A stretch of DNA of 62,471 nt, counting the filler, from Choristocarpus tenellus KU-1152 (taxonomy: Eukaryota > Protista > Phaeophyceae), in the NCBI GenBank assembly GCA_964200185.2. It is 10 parts of 10 records of this genome, joined end to end, with 100 filler letters (N's around TTAATTAATTAA, not from the genome) between each part and the next. Parts side by side here need not be neighbours in the genome. Positions count along the whole stretch, not along the records: positions 7,812 to 16,604 come from CAXNAD020004327.1; positions 16,705 to 20,092 come from CAXNAD020020375.1; positions 20,193 to 30,550 come from CAXNAD020002973.1; 7 more parts are not named here. One strand, 5' to 3'. The notes under the pieces are model-generated. The model made no database searches. It was given only the letters and a program-made list of their open reading frames with translations, and was not told where the DNA came from. Positions 11,959 through 22,809 of the stretch are shown one piece after another. The first letter of the stretch is position 1, and the number at the start of each line of letters is the position of its first letter. A program made the translations under genes and the position numbers.

Positions 11959-12965
11959 CTGTTCGTGACCTCCCCAAGAGGAAATCTCGACGTCGGCCAG
12001 AGGTTTGATAAGCTTCTGCATTATTGCCACGTCTGGGGGGGTCATGAAATCAGAAACGTGAGTGGACCTGAGAGAATGGTAGTGCGACACAGTTCCAATG
12101 AGGTCGTAGGGAAAATTCATGAGCAGGGGATGGGGAAGAGGAAGGTGGGAGGGAGATGAGTTCATCATTGCGTGTGTATTAAGCTTGTGAAATGACTGCT
12201 GCCAGGGAGGAGCGTGCAATTAAGTACCATGTATTCAACTGCTCGCGCTGAAGAGGAAGTTTTCGCTGGAGACAGGATGAGCAGAGGTAGCGTTCTAATA
12301 GACCAGAGAGAGAAAGTAGACCCAGGGCGCCATATTCAAGTAGAAAAGACCGGAAGTGGAACACACAGGCAAGAGAGGGGGGAAGCTCACCACGTGCGCA
12401 GTGCCCCCTCAGCTCCATCTAGCAGTTTAGCCGCAGTTTCTTTCTCCATTCCCTCATACAATGCTTGTTTCAACAGTTTGTCCTTCGGGAGGACATCACT
12501 CCCTGCTTTCATCACGACTGTGACAGGTTAGGCGGCGAGGGTTACGGAGCATCCATCCATGGGAGATCAGGGATATGCAGGTACTAGGGAGTCTCGGAGC
12601 TCGTCAAATGCAGGGGTGGTGAAAATTCAAGTACGACACCACTAAGTTCATCCTTAACCTCCAACTCTCCACCCCTCTTGAGCACTCGTTGAAGTACAGC
12701 ATGCTCGCTGACTCTTACTCGGTATCCCACAATAGAACCATAACCCACAATCGACTGGACATGAAATTTCTCGCATCCATGCTAAGGAGACTATCAGACA
12801 AGCAACTTGAGCATAAACCGAACCTGAGCGCCGTTGACGACATGGAGACCTTCGGAGCGTTTGCTTCAACAGCGAGCATCGAGTAGCAGGCACTAACGCA
12901 CTGCAACCAGTGCATGCAAGAGTGGCGCACACAACCTGCACCGCACGACGATATTTGAATCGCAT
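11959..12965 (-). CDS. ylmH: Plastid-targeted YlmH/Sll1252-family (photosystem II S4-domain) protein, first 3 exons
   Basis: Exons 12965-12824, 12517-12391, 12067-11959 splice in phase: MRFKYRRAVQVVCATLACTGCSALVP...RQRRS-VVMKAGSDVLPKDKLLKQALYEGMEKETAAKLLDGAEGALRTW-STHVSDFMTPPDVAIMQKLIKPLADVEISSWGGHEQ. This matches the family N-terminus (LP..LL...LD.AE.A..TW....DF..PP....WGG..QAER). The exon 1 donor is the preferred of two in-phase options. Downstream exons were not identified. Confidence 0.85.
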
Positions 12966-13402
12966 CCCGTTCTCGATTGGCTCTGACCTTGCTGGTGAGC
13001 TGGAAAGAACCCACTATTGATTGGCAGCGGTACAGGGACGGGTCTGGCAAAGGACACACACACGGACACAATAAGAGGGAGAGTTAATCTGCAAAGTGCT
13101 ATATAGCGCTACAGAACCTGTCTCGTATACCTCAACACAAAAAACTTTCAAAAACGAAATAAAAAAAATGAAAAGCATCAAAAACGTCCACCACCATTCA
13201 AGAAAAAGGAGAAAACGACCATTGCACTGAAATCTCTTGGTGACTAACACTAAAGCAAATTCCTGTCATCACTGGATTGGGTTCCACAAAATCAAATGTA
13301 CGTACAGGCCATCCCAAGTCGAAGAGAGAAGCTCCTACATGAAGAGGATGTAAGTACAGTGAGGCCGCAGTAGTATCCCCAACAGAGGACAGGTATTAAC
13401 AG

Positions 13403-13466
13403 CCGATTTCAAAAATTGAGGATGGAGCTTTTCATTGAGGATGGGCTTGACCCAAAATTGACTGGG
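13403..13466 (+). repeat. 64-bp dispersed repeat, copy 1 (probable transposon end)
   Basis: CCGATTTCAAAAATTGAGGATGGAGCTTTTCATTGAGGATGGGCTTGACCCAAAATTGACTGGG, identical to 16541-16604. Confidence 0.85.
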
Positions 13467-15360
13467 ATAAAGTGTCGATATGTGCACCCCTAGGTTCTTA
13501 AATTGATTATGGTCCTTGGTGCTGGAGGTGGTCCTTCAGTTGTACTTCTCTGTTCTATTTTCTCCTCTTCTCTCTGTTGACTAGACAGATCGATCTACCT
13601 TTTTGGCACATAAGTCCTACCTATTACGTTCTTTTTTTGCTCTCCTTTGTGTTGTCTTTCTTGTGCAAAATAGGACAATAGTGAGGTGTACCTTATTTTG
13701 TGTATATGAGATTATNNNNNNNNNNCATGTGATGTAACTAGTGAGATAGTACATCCGGATTATGTATGGGATTATGTATTGGTATTTATTCCGCATTCAA
13801 CTACTTTGACGTAACCGTTGACTTAGGAAGCACAAAAAATAATAAACAAGCAATGAGAAGACACCACACAAAGGTCACTCTTCTAATTTCATCCATTCTT
13901 ATCATGTTCAGCAAAAGGGGTCGTGTGAGGCTTCAAACCTTCTTATCTTCACTACTACTGATAAATAGCATTACCTCCAAAGAAAGGTAATTTGCACAGG
14001 ATAAGAGCCTTGCTTGGTAGTATGGAGACTGATCTGAAGAAACTAACACGCTGCATGGGTTCAACTATCCTGTACATTACGGTTTTGATAGAATGTGGTG
14101 ATGCAGGCTTAGTAAGAAGATCGGGAAAGTATAATACGTTTTTTTTGGGGTAGATCGTTCAACATTCAACCTGCCTGGGACTTCCTCTTTGTTGCTGGGG
14201 TATTCTAGACATGAAGGCCTGCCTGGGGCATTCTATACTCGGAGAATATTACACAATAGAATCGACCCCCAATATCAAAGTTGTCATTGCAGAAGAGAGA
14301 CCAACAAAAAAATCACCACATCTAGCGAAGGTCCCTTTTCATAATGTGTAATAGACTTGCTTTGGTCATTTGGCCATTTCTGGGATCACTCTAAATGTAA
14401 TCGTGTATATTCACTACCTCTCAGACAGTGAGTGAAACAAAAGCTCAGGTCTATTTTAGATCATCAAAATTAAATACCTTCTGCAGATTCAAGCAATCTA
14501 GGATTGTTCTAGTGTCATCGTATATTTCTGCGCGTAAAATATTTGATGGCACAGACCTTGAAGAAGCTTGAACTTGTCCACCTGTACATCATCCTCCTGG
14601 AAACACCCCCAAAAAACTCTCCATGTTGAAGTTCGATGTGTACTTCCGAAGCAGGATCTAACAAATCGACTGTGAATAAAGATATTATGTTGTTGAGATT
14701 TTGTAGTTATATCCCTGTAAGATTTGTTGTCACTACTTCATCTCCTGATTGGATTTTCTCACAACCACACACACCTACTACTTGCCAATTCAATCCTCCA
14801 GAGTGGATTAGATACCAAAGCATATCGTTTGAGGAAAGTAACCTCCTTCCACAAGGGCGTGTAATACGATTAGAAGCAAATCGATCAAGGACGCACACTG
14901 ATACCCAGACGATGTGGTGACCAGCGAAACATTGTTGAGCAATCGAAGAATCTATCCCAAACAGTCACTGTCAAAGTGATCCCCTTTGGAAATGGGGAAC
15001 AACTCCAGGAATACTGTATGTGATGAGTGATCCGAATAAACTGTTTCTAGAGTTTACATCCATTGAACCCCATAAAAAACTATATACATGAAAAATGGTA
15101 CCTCTCATGTCAGTACCATGGAAATGGATTGTATTCAAAATGTCCATGCACAAGCACTACTAGGATTGAATGATGGATTCAGATTTGAATATACCCAAGT
15201 TCCTATCATTGATAACAGAGTAACGTTTTGAGGAACGTCAATTAAAGCAATCAAAACACATTCATTTTTCCCATAATGAAGATCGTACGCATATGGAAAC
15301 AATTCGAAAGTGCTTACAGCTACTATAATATATGATAGAAGAAAACAATGTAAGCTCAAA

Positions 15361-15767
15361 GAGTCAAAGCAATTGAGAGGTGGAGAGGTTTGGAACCTTT
15401 TGCATTCTAAGCCGTTTTTCTCATCCCGTGCAATATACTCTATTAAATTGCTCTATATTCACAGTAGTGTAGACAAAATTGATATTCCTCGTTTCCACAC
15501 ACAAAGTGACACCACAATTCAGTGAAGACTCTTTCTGCAATTAATTGTACAAAATTGAATATATTTGCCCTTTTTTGGGGTTCTTAAAGTGCAACCCTGC
15601 CTACCTCTGAGTTGGTTTGACTCTTTGCTGGTGAAAGGGGAGGATATCGATTTTGCAACGCCATTGAACACACCAAGCAATAAAATTGAGTGTATTGCAC
15701 GGGGTAAGAAAGATGGCTTAGTGTGCAAAAGGGTTCAAATTTGCCTACCTCTCAATTCGTTTGACTC
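15361..15767. mobile_element. MITE family B composite (full copy 15361-15623 plus inverted partial copy to 15767)
   Basis: TIR GAGTCAAAGCAATTGAGAGGT... / ...CTACCTCTGAGTTGGTTTGACTC; third TIR at ~15742-15767; AAA on both outer sides. Confidence 0.82.
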
Positions 15768-16540
15768 AAAGTCGTCCCACCTATGTAGATGGAAGTGCCA
15801 TTCTCTGGCAACAAGAAGAACAGGGCTGAGAAAAAGTTTTTTTTCGACACAATGCGTGAACATTTCGCACTCAAAACAGTAGACGAAGAAGCAGAATGCC
15901 TCTGCCTCATGTGTAAACATGCCTACGTCAATTTCACTAATGCAGAGCTCAGCCAAGCTTTAATCCTATGGACAGCAATAGGAGATGTAGAGCTAATTGC
16001 GGGCATGATAAGAGATGGCTAGATCCAATTTCTGACACAATACCACAATCCGATTCCATTAGCTTCCATTAGAAATCGTGACAACTCAACTAATTGAGGA
16101 GATTTCAGGGCCTCTACCTTACGTGTCAACGTACCTATATCAATTTTACTAACACAGAGCTCAGCCAAGCACTAATTATACGCACAACAGGATATATATG
16201 TATAGCTAAGTGTAGAAATGATAACAAATTGATACATATAGTTTTTAGTACCATACAGTAATCCCATTCCACCAGGTCCCATGAGAGATCCTTACAACCC
16301 AAGAAAAATAGATTGATCAGTACATTGAATATGTTCCAGTGATATAGCAAACAGTAAATTTGTATCAAATTCCTAACAACACGTTTCATGGTACTATCAC
16401 CTGGTTTGATAATACAACTTGAGTACTAGGTGCTACATATAATAATGCCTGCCGAAAAAATATACCCTCAACGAGACATTGAAAATGCCCTACGGAGAAC
16501 GGAGTGTTTCAAAATGGGTGCACCGTTCGCCAAATAACAA

Positions 16541-16604
16541 CCGATTTCAAAAATTGAGGATGGAGCTTTTCATTGAGGATGGGCTTGACCCAAAATTGAC
16601 TGGG
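16541..16604 (+). repeat. 64-bp dispersed repeat, copy 2 (cut by linker)
   Basis: Identical to 13403-13466. Confidence 0.85.
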
Positions 16605-16704
16605 NNNNNNNNNNNNNNNNNNNNNNNNNNNNNNNNNNNNNNNNNNNNTTAATTAATTAANNNNNNNNNNNNNNNNNNNNNNNNNNNNNNNNNNNNNNNN
16701 NNNN

Positions 16705-16783
16705 CAAATCACACCAAAAAAGTGAAAATAGAAAAAAGGGTGAAAGACGGACGCCGACACCCCCCCCCCAGATACTTTGACCC
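16705..16783. mobile_element. MITE family A-related end at contig start
   Basis: CAAATCAC...CCCCCAGATACTTTGACCC terminus. Confidence 0.75.
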
Positions 16784-17742
16784 AAGTACAAATATATCAA
16801 ATCTAGGACTTCAAGGTCATGCAAGACATATCCCCTGTAACATTTCTCGTGCATTGGGTTCAGTCATCCCTATGCTCGTCACTTTGCTCAAACCTCCAAT
16901 CTTGTGCTCGACCTGCCTTAACATTGCCACCTTGATCTTGCTCTTGCCTTTTTATTGTGTGAGGACACACAGGATAGGAGTACTTGTGCATAGTGTAATG
17001 TCGGATAACTGAAAACAGATTTCCGTAGAAGGAGGTTTGGTGTCATTTGCTCGTGGAGATAGTGCTGCCGATACACTATAGACACCACCAGTGGAGTAGA
17101 TTAGGAAAGGTAGAGCCAGATATGTGTTTCCATGTACTTCAGTTCAGCTCTACTCAATGTTCATGTATTGTAGGGACCTGATATTAGATTATCAGTTCAT
17201 ATATCATATGTGGTATATATGATCCAGTGATATTATTTTCGGATTATCCATGTAGACGTTGCAAATCCCACAGAGTAGTCTACACCTGTCTCACCCCAAA
17301 AGTTCAGTCAATGGAATTGCGACCATAAGTCCCTTGTAACATTAATATTGTATATTTAAACCAAGCCACTTATTGTCCTCTATTAAGGCACATAACCGCG
17401 GGTCCAGTGTGAAACATTCCAACATCGATGGGTATCGAAACTGCGACATTCATTTAGGGAACAGTCTCTTGAACCGCTGAGACACTAGTAGGGGTCCTCT
17501 ATATAGCGTACTTTATGAATACCAACCTAGAGAAGAAGTATAACAGAAATCCGGAAAAAATATTCAATTTACTTTAGGCCTGCTGAAATATTTTCCAGGT
17601 GTTATCATGGAGGCAATAAGAAGAAAGGCAAGGTAAAGAATACGCCTAGCACGACAACATTGGAGTAACAGGAAAGTCGCTTGGATATACCAACAAGAGT
17701 TGTAGCATATTTGAAAACAAGAAAACAAGAAACCTACAAATG

Positions 17743-18806
17743 TTACAGGCGCCCCTCAGAACTCACCTCCAAAGGATGTACAACTCAAATCCAATGACCT
17801 TAAAATGACGCTATGGGGGCGTTGCCCTTGATAACAGTTTGTAGGGTGTCAGGTGTCCTTCTCTTCTTGATATTCCACTCAGTGCTTAGCTCAAAGCTCG
17901 ACTCGATGTTTCGTTGAAGATAAAAGATAAGACTGGAGGAAAAAAGGGTTTATCGTTTGACCAAAAGTCCTCTTATTATTTCATCATCCACTCAATTTCT
18001 TTGGTCTTCGATGCGACTGCTCTACAGTACTACAATCATAAACCTTTATTCTGCAACTTCTTAGGGACTTTGACAAATATTACGCATACATTCCGAATCT
18101 TACTCTGTATCTTCTATGAAATCATCCTTTATACTGTAAGGCTACCTATGTGTTACTAATATCGCATATTGTTCGCACTTGTTAGAACGCGAGAAACAAT
18201 CCTCATACTACACGGTTACAGGCGAATAGCGCGAGCGTTTCTTCTTGTGTTCCAACGAAGTGCGAGCATTTATTACACGCGAATAGGGCGAGTATTTTCT
18301 TCTCATGTTTTAGGAAATACGAACATTTGTGACAGACGTATAGTGTGAGGGATTGTTTCTCGCGTTCTAACAAGTACGGACTATATACGATATTAGTAAC
18401 ACATAGATAGGCAGCCTTACGGAATAAATGATATTGTAGAAGATGCAGAGTAAGATTCGGTACGTAACATTACAGAAGAAAATGTCAAAGTCACTAAGAA
18501 GTTGAAGAATAACGGTTTATGATTGGAGTACCTATAGAGCAGTTGATAGAAGACCACATAAATTGGGTGGATGAACAGAATAAGAGGGCTTTTGGTAAAA
18601 TACCTTGACCCCATTTATGACCAGTCTTCCCTTTTGAACGAAACATTGAGTTAAGCTTTGAGCTAAGCACTGAGTGGAGTATCAAGTGAAGGCTATGTGA
18701 CACCCTACAAACTGTTGTAAAGGGCAACACCCCCATAGCGTCATTTTAAGGTTGTTGGATATGAGTTGTACATTCTGTGGAGGTGGGTTATGAGGGGCGC
18801 CGGTAA
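17743..18806. mobile_element. Foldback element with ~480-bp imperfect inverted arms
   Basis: 17743-~18219 is the reverse complement of ~18330-18806 (e.g. CCACTCAGTGCTTAGCTCAAAGCT / AGCTTTGAGCTAAGCACTGAGTGG; CTTAAAATGACGCTATGGGG). The centre has ~56-bp tandem units. No ORF. Confidence 0.88.
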
Positions 18807-18929
18807 GTGTAACACAAAGACATACGTAGCTGAAGCTGCTTCTAACTTGGTGGTATGGAGGCGGTCTAGAAACAAGACTAGGGTCCCATCGGTAAGACAA
18901 GATCCGCCTAGATCACTGACCTGCCGTCT

Positions 18930-19540
18930 CCAGTTTGTAGTGCATGACACGCCTGGAGATTGCTATTTGTCCTGTTTCTAAAATAACTTATTGCAGGTGT
19001 GACTTCGCTGTTCCCTTCCTACAAAAGCCCTCAGTCCCACTACCAACCCACTACAGAGTCAAATCAATCGAGAGATAGGCAGGGTTGCATTCTACGGGTC
19101 CCAAGAAAGGGCAGAAAGACGCAATTTTGTGCAAGTGAAGAACGACCCTTTGCATAATTGTGGTGTCACTTCGTATTTGGAAACGGGGAATATCAATTTT
19201 GCGTACCTTATTGTGGACAAAGCAATGAAACAGTGTATTGCACAGAGTAATAAAGATAGCTTGGAATGCAAAAGGGTCCACACCTGCCTACTTCTCATTT
19301 GATTTGGCTCACAACACGAGTCGCCAGTTCACCCAGGAATTGTTTTGCTTGTGTGCTTGCACGATCATACCTTTCCATCGCTAAGGTGCTGAGGTCAAAT
19401 AAAGGTAAAGATCCTTCGTCGTGGTTAAGTTTCAGGGCCTCAACTGCAGCAGCAACAACACCATTGTTCAAAGACGATCGTTGGAGATGGCAGTTCCCTT
19501 CCACCTCTGTGAAGGTATCATCATCCAGTACTTGATTCCT
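18930..19540 (-). pseudogene. CRE-like non-LTR retrotransposon C-terminal restriction-like endonuclease remnant, interrupted by a MITE
   Basis: VLDDDTFTEVEGNCHLQRSSLNNGVVAAAVEALKLNH...LSTLAMERYDRASTQAKQFLGELATRVV aligns by eye with the 49654-50256 ORF (LLLDVTSGEVQAASHL...NGVAAVKA...FSVESFELLGKKAGSVQDELA). Boundaries approximate. Confidence 0.7.
19056..19310. mobile_element. MITE family B, full copy with ACA TSD
   Basis: TIRs GAGTCAAATCAATCGAGAGATAGGCAG / CTGCCTACTTCTCATTTGATTTGGCTC; ACA at 19053-55 and 19311-13; inverted homologue of 15361-15623. Confidence 0.9.
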
Positions 19541-20987
19541 ATATCTATGTATGTGTAGGTTGTTGAGCGAAGACGAAAACAATATAATATAAGTTTGGGC
19601 TCCCCAGCACAACCCTGCTACTACTAATATATTGTAGTAGTAGTTGAAAAGTGAGGAGAGGACCCTGATAAGGTGGAACCTTGAGAGGAGCTCCACAATT
19701 CGGAAAGGATCGGTGATAGCTGTATCCTGTGAGTTGACCCTATTTCCACAGAGTTACGGATGCCCAGTTGGTTGATCATCTCTGCTGATTTGCAGAGACA
19801 GGACTGTCTATGATCACCTGCGGTGCAGGAACGCCAGTGACACCTCAACCTCAAGATACCCCAGCTATCGTTCACTAACGGCAGATTGGAACTGAAATCG
19901 CTTCTCGAGTACGTCTTTGCCTAAATCTTTCGCAACTGTTTCCTTCCCTTTCCTCTACGTTTTTGTTGGTGACTAATACCCCTCTTACTCCACAAACTTG
20001 GACCTGTACACCATTTTTTTGATGTCACTCCTTAAACACCGTGAGTGATCCTCCCATTGTCCTGACCTCTCATACTGGCAGCAGTACATCCTNNNNNNNN
20101 NNNNNNNNNNNNNNNNNNNNNNNNNNNNNNNNNNNNTTAATTAATTAANNNNNNNNNNNNNNNNNNNNNNNNNNNNNNNNNNNNNNNNNNNNGGGGTGAT
20201 ATTGAGGCCAGAACTGGGCACGTCGACAGTTAGAACCGTCCGCATGGCAACCCCCCCGTCGGCCCCCCCGCGTAGGAAGGGTGCCCAAGTGTCCGTGGAT
20301 ACCAGGGTTGCGCTTGCAGTGCGGCACGCCCTCGGATGATCCCTGGTGAGCATAAACTGTCGCGACAGGTTGGGTCGGCCCTCGAAGCGGAGTTTTGAGT
20401 GTCCGAGCGTTACATGCGAGGGCTCAGGGAGGACGTCGCCGATCACCTCGCCCGTGACCCTTTTTTGTGCGACCCTCTGTCATCCCCCAAAATGGGTCAA
20501 CTTATTGACTGACTCACCATATTGGAGAAAGTCCACAATAAGGCGAGTTTCGTCACCTGAATTGACCCCAAAAGTGGATAATTATAGAAAAAGACTAAGA
20601 GATGGCGTTATACGCAGGTTTTCATGGGCGTTTGGTTGTTTGCTTTTTGACGTTTTTGGTCGTCTCCAAATGGAAAATCCTGACCAGTGTAAATGTCAAA
20701 GACATGTTCCTTTTTTGGGATCTTTGAAATACATATTTGTGAATAAGACATGCGGTCATGTATATTTGCGAGCGCCAACCACCTACCTCATTGGAACTTG
20801 TCCTTACCGACCAGTTCAATAAACCAATTACACCCGCAAGATCCAGATTTGAGGAAATACCCAAAAGGACTGTCAAAACGAAGAGACATCCTGATTCTGA
20901 CCGATCCATTTCTCTTCTGTGACGTTGCTCAGTCATTCTAGAGCATGTGCTTTCAGGTTTTGTTCTGTTTTGTATCGGACCGTTTAC

Positions 20988-22200
20988 ATGGCGAGGTTGT
21001 GCGGAGTTATGATGGGGCGAGAGGAAGCTCTGAGAGATTTCACTTCGCGGGAGGCGCTGAAGTTTAGGAGGCAGTTCCGAGTTCCATTTGTTTTCTTTAC
21101 AGATGTAGTGAAGGATGCGCGAAGGCAGGGGTGGCTTAGTTGTCGAACCGCAGATGTCACTGGACGCCCTGGCATACTTGCGAAACTGAAGGTGAGCACG
21201 CCCGCCAGTAGAGTTTGTATGTGAAAGGGCTACCTCGATAGGACTCGTAGATTCAACCATCCTTTGGTCTGACAGTACTGGATGTGACTTGCCGCCTTCC
21301 GATATATTTGAGAGTACATCACCTCGATAGGACTCGTAGATTCAACCATCCTTTGGTCTGACAGTACTGGATGTGACTTGCCGCCTTCCGGTATATTTGA
21401 GAGTACATCACAAATCACGTTTCACCACTTCTTCTGTGAGTGTTTTGAGCGTGATACGTACTCAAAGTGGATTTATCTACCAGAGGACGAAGATTTGGGG
21501 GAGGTCGTGCGCACGTATGGAGCTGTTGGATTTCCTGGTGCTGTGGGTTCCACTGATGTGACACATGTGCGGTGGGAGAGGGCACCCATTAGTGATTCCC
21601 TGTATTACATCGGCAAGGAGGGTTACGGGTCGGTCGCCTTTGAAGTGACTGTTGACCATAGTGGATTTGAAAGGGGAGTGAATGCTGGGTTTCCTGGAGT
21701 TAATAATGATAAGACAATCATTCGATATGATGGCGCTTATATGAATGAAGCATGTTTTGCAATATGCAGCAAGTAGTAAAGAACATGTTTTCTATCTTCT
21801 TCCTGTGCGAATATAATAGTGGTAGCTTCAAGATTCTGAAGCAGTTCTTGACTCTGCCCGAGTGTACGCAAGGATGTCGAGTGCTTTTTTCGCAGAGTCA
21901 AGGGCCGCTTCAGAATCCTCAAGCTGCCACTACTATATTTGCACAGGAAGAAGATACATATTTTTCTCTTGTTGCATATTGCAAAACATACTTCATTCAT
22001 ATGATGGCCTTGGAGAGTAGGAGGGTAACACTGAGTGGACAGGGGATGCTGGTCCGCATGATGCCTCCTACAGTGACCCTTACACTGATTTCACGCGGAT
22101 GAGCATGCCAAGGGACCAGGGGGGAGGGGGATGTGAAGAGTATGTGAAGAGGGAGGTGGGATTTTATGAGCTTAGGAAGAAGCAGCTCATATCACACTAC
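20988..22200 (+). pseudogene. PIF/Harbinger DDE transposase pseudogene
   Basis: FRRQFRVPFVFF...GRPGILAKLK followed by a GTGAG donor at 21192; FHHFFCECF...GFPGAVGSTDVTHVRWERAP...GKEGYGSVAFEVTVDH...GFPGVNNDKTIIRYD; RVRKDVECFF.RVKGRFRILKLP. Disrupted by a tandem duplication, an inverted duplication and frameshifts. Confidence 0.88.
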
Positions 22201-22809
22201 AAGTACAAGAAAACGGAGAGGTTTGGATGAGGTCCTGATGGAATCTTGCTTGTCAAACAGTGGTTTGCGTTTTGCGCTATGGACACTTTGTTTGATGTGA
22301 ACGATACAATTGATATTTGTACTTTTGTGGAGTACATAAAAAGAAGAGGTAGGAAGAAGTAATACAGGACAAAGAGTCATTTGTCAATACAATATAGAGA
22401 GTGGTTGAGAGTCAACAGTCGAAAGGAAGAATTAACTGCCACTGGTTGCTGATATTGTAGTTAGGTAAAGATTGTCCTCATGGGCAAGAGCAGCTCACTA
22501 CATTCTGAGCAGTGGATAATATTATACCCTAACCTTCTGAAGAGTGCTGGGATCATCATCGTTACTTTAACATCGTCCAAGGTCATGATACAAGGTCAGG
22601 GTTGACAGCTTTGTTTGGTTAGTCCATCAGGTCAAGATAAGAGGATCTGACACAAAAACAAATTCCATTAATTAGAAAATTACCTCAAATCTAAACAAAG
22701 ATTTACCAATGCTGTCCAGTGTGATGGTACCCCTACGTGCACAGCACTGCTGTCAAAGACCACTGAGCACTACACTGACAGCTGTGTTGTCACAACTGAT
22801 TCCCCAAGT

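Noticed and set aside
14700-15300. Hint domain (CFAG...IQSGDEV) or multicopper-oxidase (IHFHG, GTWVY) motifs on the minus strand
   Set aside because: Motif spacing and order are wrong and the frames are broken; likely chance matches.
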